DNA of 64,000 nt from an uncultured delta proteobacterium (GTDB lineage Bacteria; Myxococcota; Kuafuiibacteriia; Kuafuiibacteriales; Kuafuiibacteriaceae): NCBI GenBank assembly GCA_963803435.1, contig CAWDML010000001.1, positions 416,001 through 480,000 on the forward strand. Reading direction: 5' to 3'. The notes beneath the pieces are model-generated. The model saw only the letters and a program-made list of their open reading frames with translations, did not search any database and was not told the origin of the DNA. The position numbers and the translations under genes are program-made. Below are positions 1 to 10,693 of this stretch, piece by piece; within the stretch, counting starts at the first letter, position 1, and every line of letters begins with the position of its first letter.

Positions 1-1861
1 GAACGGCGTGCCCATGCCGGAGGCGGCGCTCAGGGGCGCATCGGAGATCGGCTTCACGGTCGTCTCCATCAGCGTCTCGTTGATCGCGGCGTTCATTCCG
101 CTGCTCTTCATGGGCGGCGTGGTCGGGCGTCTCTTCAAGGAGTTCGCGATGACCGTCAGCGCGGCCATCCTGATCTCGGTCCCGGTGGCGCTCACGCTGG
201 CTCCGATGCTCGCGTCCCGCTACATGAAGGCGACCCCGCACCGCGCCGGGAGCGGATCGCGCCGCGGGTTCCCCGAGCGACTGCGGGACGGCTACGATCG
301 GACCCTCACCTGGGCGCTGTCCCATCGGACGCTGATGCTGGCGCTCTTCGCCTCCGCGCTGGTCGCGGTGGTCGTCAGCTACCTCACCATCCCGAAGGGC
401 TTCTTTCCCATCCAGGACACCGGCTTCCTGATCGGGACCACCCAGGCGGCCCAGGACATCTCGTTTCCGGACATGGTCGCCAAGCATCAGGCCATCGCGA
501 AGATCCTCGCCGACGAGCCCGCGATCGCGGGCTACTCGAGCTCGATCGGTGCCTCCAGCAGCGGGGGCCAGAGCCTGGCGAACGGGCGCTTCTTCCTGGC
601 CCTGAAGGATCGGTCCGACCGGGACATCTCGGGTGAGGAGCTGATCGATCGGCTGAGGCCCAAGGTGGCGAAGGTGCCGGGCGTGATGATGTTCCTGCGC
701 GCGGCGCAGGACATCAACCTGGGCGCGCGGGGCTCGCGAACCCAGTATGCGTACGCGCTCAAGAGCGGGGACAGCGCATTGCTATCGGAGTGGGCGGAGC
801 GCTTGACCGCGCGTCTCTCGGAGATGCCGCAGCTCACGGACGTGTCGAACGACCAACTCCTGGGTGCCAGCGTGGACCGCTTGACGATCGATCGCGCCGC
901 CGCCGCGCAGTATGGGCTGACCACCCGGGACATCGATCAGACGCTCTACGACGCCTTCGGCCAGCGCCAGATCAGCGAGTACCAGACCGAGGTCAACCAG
1001 TATCGGATCATCCTGGAGATCGATCCGGAGCAGCGCGGCAAGGCCGAGAGCCTCGCCTACTTCCACCTGCGCTCACCGCTGACGGGACAGATGGTACCGC
1101 TGTCCGCGCTGGTGACGGCGGAGCCTCCCGGCACCGGGCCGCTGTCCATCAGCCACAACGGCATGTTCCCGGCGGTCAACATCTCCTTCAATCTGGCGCC
1201 GGGCGTCGCGATCGGCGACGCGGTCGGGCTGATCGAGCGGGCGAAGACCGAGATCGGCCTGCCTTCGTCGATCAGCGGCAACTTCCAGGGCGCGGCCCAG
1301 GCCTTCCAGGAGTCGCTGGCAACGCAGCCGTTCCTGATCCTGGCGGCGCTGCTCGCGGTCTACATCATCCTGGGCGTGCTCTACGAGAGCTTCGTCCACC
1401 CGCTCACCATCCTGTCGACGCTGCCGTCCGCCGGGCTCGGCGCCATCCTCATGCTCGAGCTGCTCGGTCAGGACTTCACCATCATGGCGTTGATCGGGAT
1501 CGTCCTCTTGATCGGGATCGTGAAGAAGAACGGGATCATGATGGTCGACTTCGCGCTGGCGGCGCAGCGCGATCACCGGGCGACCCCGCTCGAGGCGGTC
1601 CACGAGGCGTGCCTGGTCCGGTTCCGGCCCATCCTGATGACGACGCTGGCGGCGCTGCTCAGCGGGATCCCGCTCATGCTCGGGCTAGGGACCGGCTCGG
1701 AGCTGAGGCAGCCCCTCGGCATCGCGGTGGTGGGCGGGCTGCTCGTCAGCCAGGTGCTGACGCTGTACACGACCCCCGTCATCTACCTGACGCTCGATCG
1801 TCTCTTCCATCGCCGCGGCGCGGAGGCGCCGGCCGTCCCTACGAAGGCGGTGCACACGTGA
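1..1861 (+). CDS. RND efflux transporter permease, MdtB/MdtC-like (AcrB family); 5' part lies outside the window
   Basis: Motifs GFTVVSISVSLIAAFIPLLFM, LGVLYESFVHPLTILSTLP, GIVKKNGIMMVDFA and RFRPILMTT; the frame begins in mid-protein. Confidence 0.93.
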   Translation, partial: NGVPMPEAALRGASEIGFTVVSISVSLIAAFIPLLFMGGVVGRLFKEFAMTVSAAILISVPVALTLAPMLASRYMKATPHRAGSGSRRGFPERLRDGYDRTLTWALSHRTLMLALFASALVAVVVSYLTIPKGFFPIQDTGFLIGTTQAAQDISFPDMVAKHQAIAKILADEPAIAGYSSSIGASSSGGQSLANGRFFLALKDRSDRDISGEELIDRLRPKVAKVPGVMMFLRAAQDINLGARGSRTQYAYALKSGDSALLSEWAERLTARLSEMPQLTDVSNDQLLGASVDRLTIDRAAAAQYGLTTRDIDQTLYDAFGQRQISEYQTEVNQYRIILEIDPEQRGKAESLAYFHLRSPLTGQMVPLSALVTAEPPGTGPLSISHNGMFPAVNISFNLAPGVAIGDAVGLIERAKTEIGLPSSISGNFQGAAQAFQESLATQPFLILAALLAVYIILGVLYESFVHPLTILSTLPSAGLGAILMLELLGQDFTIMALIGIVLLIGIVKKNGIMMVDFALAAQRDHRATPLEAVHEACLVRFRPILMTTLAALLSGIPLMLGLGTGSELRQPLGIAVVGGLLVSQVLTLYTTPVIYLTLDRLFHRRGAEAPAVPTKAVHT

Positions 1862-3219
1862 GAGGGTGGGCCGGCGGGCTGGCGCTCACGGCCCTCGCGG
1901 CCTGCGCGGGGTCGGCCCCCAGAGGCTTGCCGCGCGACGCGGTCCCGACGGCCTGGGAGACCACGCGCACCTCGTCGCTGGCCGTGACCTCGACCGGCGC
2001 TGCCTGGTGGGAGGCGTTCGGCGACCCGGTCCTCGATCGGCTGATCGCGAGGGCCGAGGTGCGGAACCTCGACCTTCGCATCGCGGACGCGCGGCTCCAG
2101 GAGGCGCGGGCGCTGCGCAGCGGAGCGACCGCCGAGCTCTGGCCGGAGGTCGACGGCTCGGCCGCGGTCTCGGTCTCGCGCTCGAAGCGCCCCGACGCCA
2201 AGCCGCGGGACTTTCAGCTGGGCCTGAACGTCTCCTGGGTGCCGGACCTGTTCGGCAGGGTCAGGAGCGAGGCGCGCGCGTCCGAGGCCGACGAGCGCTC
2301 GCTCCGCGCCGACCGCGAGGCCGTGCAGCTGTTGCTCACCGCCGAGGTCGCCGAGACCTACGTCGAGTACCGCCTTCGCCGGGTGCAGCACGCGCTCTCG
2401 CTCCGGACGGCCGAGGCGCAGGAGGCGACCCTCCGCATCACGCGGGCGCGCTTCGGCCAGGGCATCGCCAGCCGGTTCGACGTGGAGCGCGCGGTGGCCG
2501 CGCTGGCGATCACGCGCTCGCGGATCCCGGAGGCGGACACGTTGGCGGCGGCCGCGCGACACCGGCTCGCCCTCCTCCTGGCCGAGCCGTCCGACGTCGT
2601 CACGCAGGCCCTCGACGGGGACCGGCCGCTCCCGGACAGCGACCCCAAGCGAATCCTGCAGAGTCCGGCCCAGGTGGTGGCGCGGCGCCCGGACGTCCGC
2701 GCCGCCGAGTGGCGGTTTCTGGCCGCGCTCGCCCGCAAGGACGGGGCCGAGGCGCTCCGCTACCCGACCCTCGACCTGGCCGGGCTGATCGGCCTCGAGA
2801 GTCCGGACCTCACGGAGCTGTTCAATCCGGCCTCGCTGATCTGGTCGATCGGCGCGGGCCTGCTGGCGCCGCTGCTCGACTTCGGGCGGATCCGCGCCAA
2901 GATCGATGTTGCAGACGCGCGACAACAGCAGGCCTACTTGGAGTACGAACGGACGGTGCGAACCGCGCTCGAGGAGGCGCAGACCGCGATCATCTCCTAT
3001 GCGCAGGGCGTCCTGCGCCAGGGTGAGCTCTGGACTGCGGTGGTCTCGGCGCGCAAGGCCGCTCAGCTGGCGCGAAGGCAGTATCGCGAGGGGACGCTGT
3101 CACTGCTGGAGGTGCTGGACGCGGAGCGCAGCTTGAACGACGCGGAGCTGAGCTGGTCACAGGCGTCCGCGGACGTCTCCGTCCGCTTGATCACGATTCA
3201 TCGCACGATGGGGGGTTGA
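1858..3219 (+). CDS. Outer-membrane efflux lipoprotein (NodT/OprM/TolC family)
   Basis: GTG at 1858 overlaps the RND stop (GTGA); lipobox LAAC; motifs WWEAFGDPVLDRLI, RRPDVRAAE and LLEVLDAER. It is the 3' part of track ORF 790..3219. Confidence 0.9.
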   Translation: MRGWAGGLALTALAACAGSAPRGLPRDAVPTAWETTRTSSLAVTSTGAAWWEAFGDPVLDRLIARAEVRNLDLRIADARLQEARALRSGATAELWPEVDGSAAVSVSRSKRPDAKPRDFQLGLNVSWVPDLFGRVRSEARASEADERSLRADREAVQLLLTAEVAETYVEYRLRRVQHALSLRTAEAQEATLRITRARFGQGIASRFDVERAVAALAITRSRIPEADTLAAAARHRLALLLAEPSDVVTQALDGDRPLPDSDPKRILQSPAQVVARRPDVRAAEWRFLAALARKDGAEALRYPTLDLAGLIGLESPDLTELFNPASLIWSIGAGLLAPLLDFGRIRAKIDVADARQQQAYLEYERTVRTALEEAQTAIISYAQGVLRQGELWTAVVSARKAAQLARRQYREGTLSLLEVLDAERSLNDAELSWSQASADVSVRLITIHRTMGG

Positions 3220-3222
3220 ACG

Positions 3223-3906
3223 ATGAAGGTGCTGATCGTCGACGATGAGATCAAAACGACCGACTACCTCCATCGCGGCCTCACCGAGCAGGGGTACGTG
3301 GTGGACGTCGCCGGCAACGGGATCGACGGCGAGCATCTCGCGCTCACCCGGGACTACGATGTGATCGTCCTCGACGTGATGCTGCCGGGGGCGGACGGCT
3401 TCGAGGTCCTGCGGGCGCTCCGCGCCGAGAAGCAGACCGCGGTGATCATGTTGACGGCGCGCGACCGGATCGACGATCGCGTGCGGGGTCTCAGCGAAGG
3501 CGCCGACGATTACCTGATCAAGCCGTTCTCGTTCCTCGAGCTGGTCGCGCGGCTGCAGGCGCTCACCCGGCGAGGCCGCGCCCAGGAGCCAACGCAGCTC
3601 CAGATCGGCGATCTCCAGATCGATCTGTTGAGCCGGCGCGCGTCGCGCGGCGGTGTCCGGATCGAGCTCACCGCCAAGGAGTTCGCGCTGCTCGCGCTCC
3701 TGGCGCGGCGCCACGGACAGATCCTTTCCAAGACCACCATCGCCGAGCTGGTCTGGGACATGAGCTTCGACAGCAACACCAACGTCGTCGAGGTCGCCAT
3801 CAAGCGCCTTCGCGCCAAGCTCGACGGACCCTTCCCGCGCAAGCTGCTCCGCACGGTCCGCGGGATGGGCTACCTGCTCGAGTGCGACGAGGAGGACGCT
3901 CGATGA
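3223..3906 (+). CDS. OmpR-family response regulator, heavy-metal (CusR/IrlR) type
   Basis: Receiver motifs IVDDE, LDVMLPG, MLTARD and KPF; winged helix LTAKEF...[18 protein letters not shown]...TVRGMGY. Confidence 0.93.
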   Translation: MKVLIVDDEIKTTDYLHRGLTEQGYVVDVAGNGIDGEHLALTRDYDVIVLDVMLPGADGFEVLRALRAEKQTAVIMLTARDRIDDRVRGLSEGADDYLIKPFSFLELVARLQALTRRGRAQEPTQLQIGDLQIDLLSRRASRGGVRIELTAKEFALLALLARRHGQILSKTTIAELVWDMSFDSNTNVVEVAIKRLRAKLDGPFPRKLLRTVRGMGYLLECDEEDAR

Positions 3907-5228
3907 TCAGCCGTTCGATCGCGACCCGCCTCGCCGCGATGTTCGCCCTGGCTGCGCTGCTCGTATTCGCGCTGGTCGGCGGGGCCCTCCTTCGCGTTCT
4001 CCACCAGGAGCTCGACCGCCACCAGCTCCGAGAGCTCGAGACCAAGCTCAGCTTCGCCACCACGATGATCGGACGCTGCGTGACGCTCGAGAAGTGGGGG
4101 AACGTGCGGGCCAAGCTCGACGCGGTCACGCCCGGGGACGGGAGCACCCAGTTCTACATCTCCAGCGACGACGCCCGCTTCACGTACGCCTCGCCGGCGG
4201 CGGAGGGGCTGGCGCCGATCGATCACCGGACGATGCGTACGATGTCGCAGATGATCGCCGGCCACGAGGAACGACCGCCGGTTCGCCTCACCGTCGCGAT
4301 CGACTCGAGCCGCTTCGAGGACACGCTGCGCAGCTTCGGGATCGCGCTGCTGGTCCTCTGCGGGATCGGGGTGGCGATGGTGGCGCTCCTCGGCCATCGG
4401 ATCGCGAAGGTCGGCCTGGGTCCGCTCGCCGAGCTCTCCATGGAGGCCCAGGCCCTCAGCCCAAAGAACCTGGCGCAACGGCTGAAGCTGGCGCCTCTGC
4501 CCCGCGAGCTCTCGGATCTGGTCGCCTCCTTCAACGGTGCGCTCGATAAGCTGGAGCAGGCGTACACCCAGCTGGAGGCCTTCAACGCGGACGTGGCGCA
4601 CGAGCTGCGGACCCCGCTGGCGAACCTGGTCGGGCAGACGCAGGTCGCGCTCTCGAAGGAGCGGACCGCGCCTCAGCTCGAGGAGGTGCTCCAGTCGAAC
4701 CTCGAGGAGCTCGAGCGCGTGCGCACCATCGTCAACGACATGCTCTTCCTGGCGCGCGCCGACCGGGGTGAGACCGTGGTCGATCGCAAGCGCACCTCGA
4801 TCCGGGAGGAGATCCAGAAGACGGTCGAGTTCTTGGAGCTCATCATCGACGAGACCGGCGTATCGGTGCGGATCGCCGGGGACGCCGACGCGTCGATCGA
4901 GGTCTCACTCTTCCGGCGCGCCATCAGCAACCTGCTGCAGAACGCGGTGGAGCACTCCTCTCCCGGCGCCGAGATCCTCGTCGAGGTCTCGAAGCAGCCG
5001 ACCGAGCTCCGGGTCATGGTGGCCAACCCCGGCGAGGTCATCCCGGAGCAACAGCTCCCCCGGATCTTCGATCGGTTCTATCGCCTGGACGCTTCCCGCC
5101 GGAGCAGCGGCGCCAACCACGGTCTCGGGCTCTCCATCGTGAAGGCGATCGCGACGATGCACGGCGGCACCGTGCTCGCCGAGAGCGCCGGCGGCCGCAC
5201 CGCCGTCGGGTTCACGATCCCCTGCTGA
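3903..5228 (+). CDS. Sensor histidine kinase, heavy-metal (CusS/IrlS) type
   Basis: ATGA overlap with the regulator; two TM helices, HAMP, H-box [11 protein letters not shown]-box NLLQNA, FDRFYR and GLGLSIV. Confidence 0.92.
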   Translation: MISRSIATRLAAMFALAALLVFALVGGALLRVLHQELDRHQLRELETKLSFATTMIGRCVTLEKWGNVRAKLDAVTPGDGSTQFYISSDDARFTYASPAAEGLAPIDHRTMRTMSQMIAGHEERPPVRLTVAIDSSRFEDTLRSFGIALLVLCGIGVAMVALLGHRIAKVGLGPLAELSMEAQALSPKNLAQRLKLAPLPRELSDLVASFNGALDKLEQAYTQLEAFNADVAHELRTPLANLVGQTQVALSKERTAPQLEEVLQSNLEELERVRTIVNDMLFLARADRGETVVDRKRTSIREEIQKTVEFLELIIDETGVSVRIAGDADASIEVSLFRRAISNLLQNAVEHSSPGAEILVEVSKQPTELRVMVANPGEVIPEQQLPRIFDRFYRLDASRRSSGANHGLGLSIVKAIATMHGGTVLAESAGGRTAVGFTIPC

Positions 5229-6291
5229 CGGAGGAACGAGCGTCGGAGAAGACCGCGATCTCCCGTTGATCCGCCCGCTCGACGAGCTCATGGATGCGGG
5301 ATTCGATGCCGTCGATCTCGCTCTGGTCGAGCCCGAGCTGGACGGTCCCCGCGCGGATCCGCACGCCCTCGTGCGGATCGAAGGGACGCTCGCGCTCGGA
5401 CTTCACCAGCACGCCGTTCTCGAGCACGAGCTGTGCGACAGTGCCGAGCGGCGCCAACTGCGCGCGCGTCACGTGCCGCAGGGTCGCGAGCTTGTCGGCC
5501 GGCAGGGCGGGCACGACGATGTGCGACCAGTTCGGAAGGCCCTCCAGGATCGGGAGCGGGTTGCGCAGCCCGCTGAAGGCGAGACCGTTGTCGATGGAGA
5601 AGGCGCGCGGCCGGCGCGGGTCGGTGGAGATCAGGAAGTTTCCGTCGTGCGAGTCCCGGTGGTCGATCAGATAGGTGAGCAGATTGAGCTGGCTGATCGC
5701 GCGGCGATAACGCGGGTCGCGCTCGAACCGGTGGGCGTGGAGGATGTGCTTGTCCGTGACGCCCTCGACCCAATACGTGAGGATCCCCAGCACGCAGTCG
5801 GTCCAGGGGAAGGTCGGCTTTGCGTCGGGCGCCTGATACTCGGAGCGAAAGCGCGTGAGCGGAACGCAGCGGATCGTGGTCGGCGGCACGACATACTCGT
5901 CCGGCGCGAGGAAGACCTTCTGCAGCTCGTACGCGGCGAGCTCCTTGCGCGGGGAGTTGTTGAACGCATCCCCGTCCCCCGGCGCAGACTTCCACTTGGC
6001 GCGGAATCGGACCTCCTGGCCCTGGTCCCATACCTCGAAGGTCAACACCTTGACGTCGTTGCTGCTCCGTCCCGGACCGGCGACGTCCACCACCGCGTAG
6101 TCGTCTCGCTCCAGCAGGCGCTCGATCCGAGCCTCGTCGAGGCAGAAGCTGCCCTCGCCCATCGTCGGATCGCCGCAGAGATCGGCCGGCGGAGTGACCG
6201 GAACGCTGGGGGTACCGTTTCGCTCCGGGGTCGCGCACGCGCTCGCCAGCATCATCAGCGCGAGGACGCGAAGATCGTTTCGTTCGCCCAC
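5212..6291 (-). CDS. Putative lipoprotein with atypical (PI3/PI4-kinase- or Fam20-like) kinase fold
   Basis: Lipobox-like LASAC; RAKWK lysine, RKELAAY glutamate, catalytic-loop-like DSHDGN and metal-binding-like IDNG. GTG start at 6291 is inferred. Confidence 0.6.
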   Translation of the reverse strand: MGERNDLRVLALMMLASACATPERNGTPSVPVTPPADLCGDPTMGEGSFCLDEARIERLLERDDYAVVDVAGPGRSSNDVKVLTFEVWDQGQEVRFRAKWKSAPGDGDAFNNSPRKELAAYELQKVFLAPDEYVVPPTTIRCVPLTRFRSEYQAPDAKPTFPWTDCVLGILTYWVEGVTDKHILHAHRFERDPRYRRAISQLNLLTYLIDHRDSHDGNFLISTDPRRPRAFSIDNGLAFSGLRNPLPILEGLPNWSHIVVPALPADKLATLRHVTRAQLAPLGTVAQLVLENGVLVKSERERPFDPHEGVRIRAGTVQLGLDQSEIDGIESRIHELVERADQREIAVFSDARSSVSRGS

Positions 6292-6666
6292 TCTCTCTAG
6301 TACAGACAGTTCGACCGCGCCGAACAAGCGTGACGATTCGGAGCACGCGGGCATCCTCCCCCCGCGCGCATTGCGGCGGAGGCGTACTCCGATCTGGTGG
6401 CGCAAGATTGGTTGCGGGCGCCGGCGACGATCGTCTCAGGCGCAAGCGCGGCGCCGCTTCCATCACGCCTGGGATGCGTGCCCCACGCCGTTCCATTGTT
6501 GGGTCTCGCGAGAGAGACGCTGCGAGACAGAATTACAAACGCGCGATCATGCGTGTGCCGATGCCGGCGTGATGCGCGTATTCGGACGTATTCGCTGCGC
6601 CTCCGACGGATGCGCCGCCCTCGCTCTACCACCACCTCCCCGTGCGATCGTCCCCGCCGACACACC

Positions 6667-9600
6667 ATGCGACGGACGAACTTGGTCACGGCAATCCTCG
6701 CCGCACAACTCACTCACCTCGGCTGCAACAACGATGACGCGACCGTCGCCGTGCGAATCAAACCGACGACGCTCGACGAGGCCACAGTGGGTCAGAGCTA
6801 CGACGCCCGGCTCTCCCTGCGCGACGCCTATCCTGGAGAGATCGAGTGGCGCATCGTCGAGGGCGCGCTCCCCGCCGGCCTCGCCCTCGCCCGCGTCGAC
6901 GCCAGCACCGGCGCGATCCGCGGGACACCAGAGGAGGCCGGCGTGTTCGGTCTTCGCATCGGCGCCACCGGCAGCAAAGGGGGCTACGACGAGACGGAGG
7001 TGCAGCTCGTCGTCCGAGCCTCGGCGGTGACGATCTCCACGGACGAGCTTCCGAACGGCTCCGTGGGCGAGCCGTACACCGCCGCGATCGCGGCGGAGGG
7101 GGGATTCGCGAAGATGTGGTCGGTCGTCGCGGGCGCGCTTCCGCCTGGGCTGGCGCTCACCACCTCCGCGACCGGCGACGGCTCCATCGACGGGATCCCG
7201 ACCGAGTCGGGCGCGTTCGCGTTCACCGTACGCGTGCAGAGCCGGGACAAGAGCTACGCCGAGCGGGCGCTCCGCATCGACGTCACCGGCGCCCCGCTCG
7301 CGCTCGTGACGGTCGCGCTCCATCCGGCCGCCGTCGGTGCGGGCTACTCGGCGACGGTCGTGGCGTCGGGCGGCAGCGAGCAAGGCTATCGCTGGTCGGT
7401 CTCGTCCGGCTCGCTGCCCGAGGGGCTCTCGATCCGGAGCGACGGCACGCCCTCGACCGTCGTCGAGGGGATGCCGGTGACCGCCGGGCTGTTCGACTTC
7501 GAGCTGGAGGTGACCGACTCGCAGGATCACACGGCGCGGCGGAGCTACTCGATTGAGGTGTCGCCCGACCTGCCGCCGCTCGTCTTTCCGGACGTCGCGC
7601 TTCCGGCGGGGACGGTCGGGGCGGCGTACACGGCGACGCTGGCGGCGTCGGGCGGGAGCGGCGACTACTCGTGGAGCGTCGTGCAGGGCGCGCTGCCGGC
7701 CGGCCTGACGATTGATCCCACGGGGAGGCCGGAGACACGCATCACCGGGACGCCGGAGATGGGCGGCGACTTCGTGTTTGCGATCCGCGTGGAGGACTCG
7801 GCCGAGCAGATGGTCGACCGCACGCTGCACCTCTCGATCGCGGACGTGGAGCCGCTCGAGATCACGACGGGCTCGCTCCCGAGCGCGCGCCGCGGCCAGC
7901 CGTACTCGGCGTTCGTCGAGGTGGCCGGCGGGGTGCTGCCGATCGCCTGGACGGTCCAAGGTCTGCCCCCAGGCCTCACGTTCGTCGTCGACTCGGACCG
8001 GCGGGGCACGATCTCGGGTGCGGCCACCGCGAGCGGCAGCTGGCCCGTGACGATCGCCGTCTCGGACGCCGCCGGCGCGACGGCACAGCGCGATCTCGAT
8101 CTGACCGTCACGGCCCTCTCCATCCTCACGTCGACGCTCCCGGTGGGGCTGGAGTGCCACCCGTACTCTGCGTCGATCTTCGCCGGCGGCGGCACGGGGA
8201 CGTTCACCTGGAGCGCCTCCGGCCTGCCGGACGGCCTGACGCTCGCCGCCTCCACGGGCGCCGAGGTTCGCCTCGAAGGTGAGCCCGGCGTGACCGGAGT
8301 CCACGCGCTCACGATCACGGTCGCAGACGCGGCGGGCAGCGCGACAGCGGCGATCGATCTCGAGGTGATCTCCGATCCGCAGGGCAGGCGCTGGATCGCG
8401 CTCGTCGGAGATCTGACCGCGGACAACGACACCGGTGTCCACGTCGCCGGCATCTGCGGGACGCGGGTCGAGCCCGCCACGCTGGTGAGCCCGCCTGCGG
8501 GCGGGTTCGGCGATGCCTCCTCCTCCGCCACCGATCAGGTTCGCTTCTCTCCCGACGGGCGATCGATCGGGTTCGTCGGTGACTTCCGGCTCGACGGGGT
8601 CAACGAGCTCTTCGTGGCCTCGCTCGACGGGAGCGGCCACGGGCCCGCGGTCCGCGTGAGCGGCGATCAGAACCCGGGCGGTCTGGTCAGCGACTTCCGC
8701 TGGTCGCCCGACGGGACCCAGCTGGTCTATCGCGCCGATCAGATCGTGGATGGGCAATTCGAGCTCTTCTTCGTCGACCTGAGCGCGCCCGGGATCTCGG
8801 TCAAGGTCAACCCGGACTTTCCGGTGGGCGGCAACCTCTCGACGGACGACTTCTACTGGTCGCCCGACGGCCGCTGGGTCGCGTACCAGGCCGACGGCGA
8901 CGTCGACGGCGAGAACGAGCTCTACCTGGCGGACATGACCAGCGGACCGCCGTTCGCTGTCTACCCCGCGAACACGCCCCTCCCCGCCAACGGCGACGTC
9001 TTCGATGACTTCCGCTGGCTCCCGGCCGGCGACGGCATCGTGTTCCGCGCCGACATGCTCACCGACGGCGTCAACGAGCTCTTCCTGGTGGACACCGCGG
9101 GCCTGATCCCGAGCGCACCGGTGCGGGTCAACGGTCCGACCGTGAGCGGCGGAGACGTCAGCAGCTTCGCGATTCGTCCCGACGGCTCCGCGATCAGCTA
9201 CGTCGCCGACGAGGTCACCAACGATCAGCTCGAGCTGTTCGTGGCCGGGCTCGCAGCTACGACGCCGCTCCCCAGCACGATCGCCAGCGCGCCCCTCGTC
9301 ACCGGCGGGAACGTCGTCGCGGCCCGCTGGAGCGACGATGGGACCCGGATCCTCTACACCGCCGACGGGAGCGTCGACGAGCAGTTCGAGCTGTACCTGA
9401 TCGACGGACCCGATCTCTCCCGCGTCCGCCGCATCAGCGGCAACCTGATCGCGGACGGAGATGTCCGCGCCGATAGCGGGTTCGAGGTCTCGCCCGACGG
9501 TCGATGGGCGGCGTTCATCGCCGACTCGGCCCAGGACGGCGCGGATGCGCTGCACGTCGTCGAGCTGGTGTCGGCGGCCGTTCCCATGGTCGAGGAGACG

Positions 9601-10693
9601 TTCGCGGACGGCAATCGTACGACCCAGAACCCACCGGTGTCGCTCTCGTGGGTGACGTCGGGAGGATCGTCGAACCTCACGGCAGCAGGAGGCGCGATGA
9701 CCTTGAACACCGGCGGGACCTCCGGAAGGCACGCCGTGGCGCACTTCCCCCCGCAGTCTCTCCCGGTGGGCTCCACCGTCTCGCTCGACTTCGACTTCTC
9801 CGTCGCCGGACCGGTGGACCTGACGAACGGCTTCCGGTTCGGGCTCTTCAACAGCGACGGCACGCCGCTGGTCGTCTCCGACGGCAACAACCCGCAGGTC
9901 ACGTACACGGGCTACGCCGCGTTCACGAACCTGGTGCCGGGGGGGCCGAGCTCGACGTCACTGCGCAAGCGCGACGGTGCGACGCCAAACCTCCTGATCA
10001 CGTCGGCGTCGGCCTACAGCACCATGAGCGGCGGAGGCGGCGGGCCGGCGGATGCGTTCGCGGACGGCGCGCTCCACCACGCCACCCTCGCGATCGAGCG
10101 CTCGGGGGCCGACGAGGTGGTCGTGAGCGTCGAGTACAGCGGCGGCACCTTGAGCGCGTATCAGGTGACGCGGACGGACCCGTCGGCGATCGTCTCGGTG
10201 TTCGACGCGGTCGCGCTCTGCCTCTCCTCGAGCTCGGGGACGGCGGCCGCGGTCACGCTGACGGTGAGCAACGTCTCGATCGTCTTCACGCCGGGCCTCG
10301 GCGAGCCGGTGATGATCGAGCCGGCGCCGTCGGCCGGCCAGTCGGTCGTGGACTTCCGCTTCTCGCCCGACTCGCAGCAGCTCGCCTACCGAGCCGATCT
10401 GACGACGCCGGGCCAGGTCGAGGTGTTCTCGGCCTCCCTGCTCTCGGGTCCCGGCTTCGGGCTGGGCAACGTGCTCCACGGCGTGCTCCCGGCGGGCGCG
10501 TCCGCCTCCACGCTGCCGGTCGACCTCGGCTGGACGCGCGATTCGAGAAGCGTCCTCGCGGTCGGCAATCTCGCTACCGCGGGTGTGGTCGAGGCCTGGA
10601 CGCTCAATCCGACCGGTACCCGAGCCTCCTCGCCGGCTCAACGCGCCGCCACCGTCGGGCGGAGACGTCGTGTTCATGGTGGTGCCCGAATGA
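6667..10693 (+). CDS. Large surface lipoprotein: ~6 putative Ig (He_PIG-like) repeats plus TolB/PD40-like beta-propeller with an inserted beta-sandwich; apparent +1 frameshift near 10620
   Basis: Signal ending LTHLGC; repeats W-x-x-x-x-G-x-LP-x-GL...I-x-GTP; blades with [FW]SPDG. The +1 frame from 10622 reads EPPRRLNAPPPSGGDVVFMVVPE-stop, matches the blade repeat and ends in an ATGA overlap at 10690-10693. Confidence 0.75.

Noticed and set aside
6398-6413. Sigma54-like TGGCGCAAGATTGG upstream of the Ig/propeller gene
   Set aside because: It lacks the GC dinucleotide at the required GG-N10-GC spacing.
6547-9744. Long antisense and alternate-frame ORFs (also 18688..21384, 28650..31604, 32908..36039, 47554..50868, 54715..57639 and many shorter ones)
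   Set aside because: Shadow ORFs expected at high GC; they are Arg/Ala/Pro-rich, lack motifs and overlap well-supported genes.
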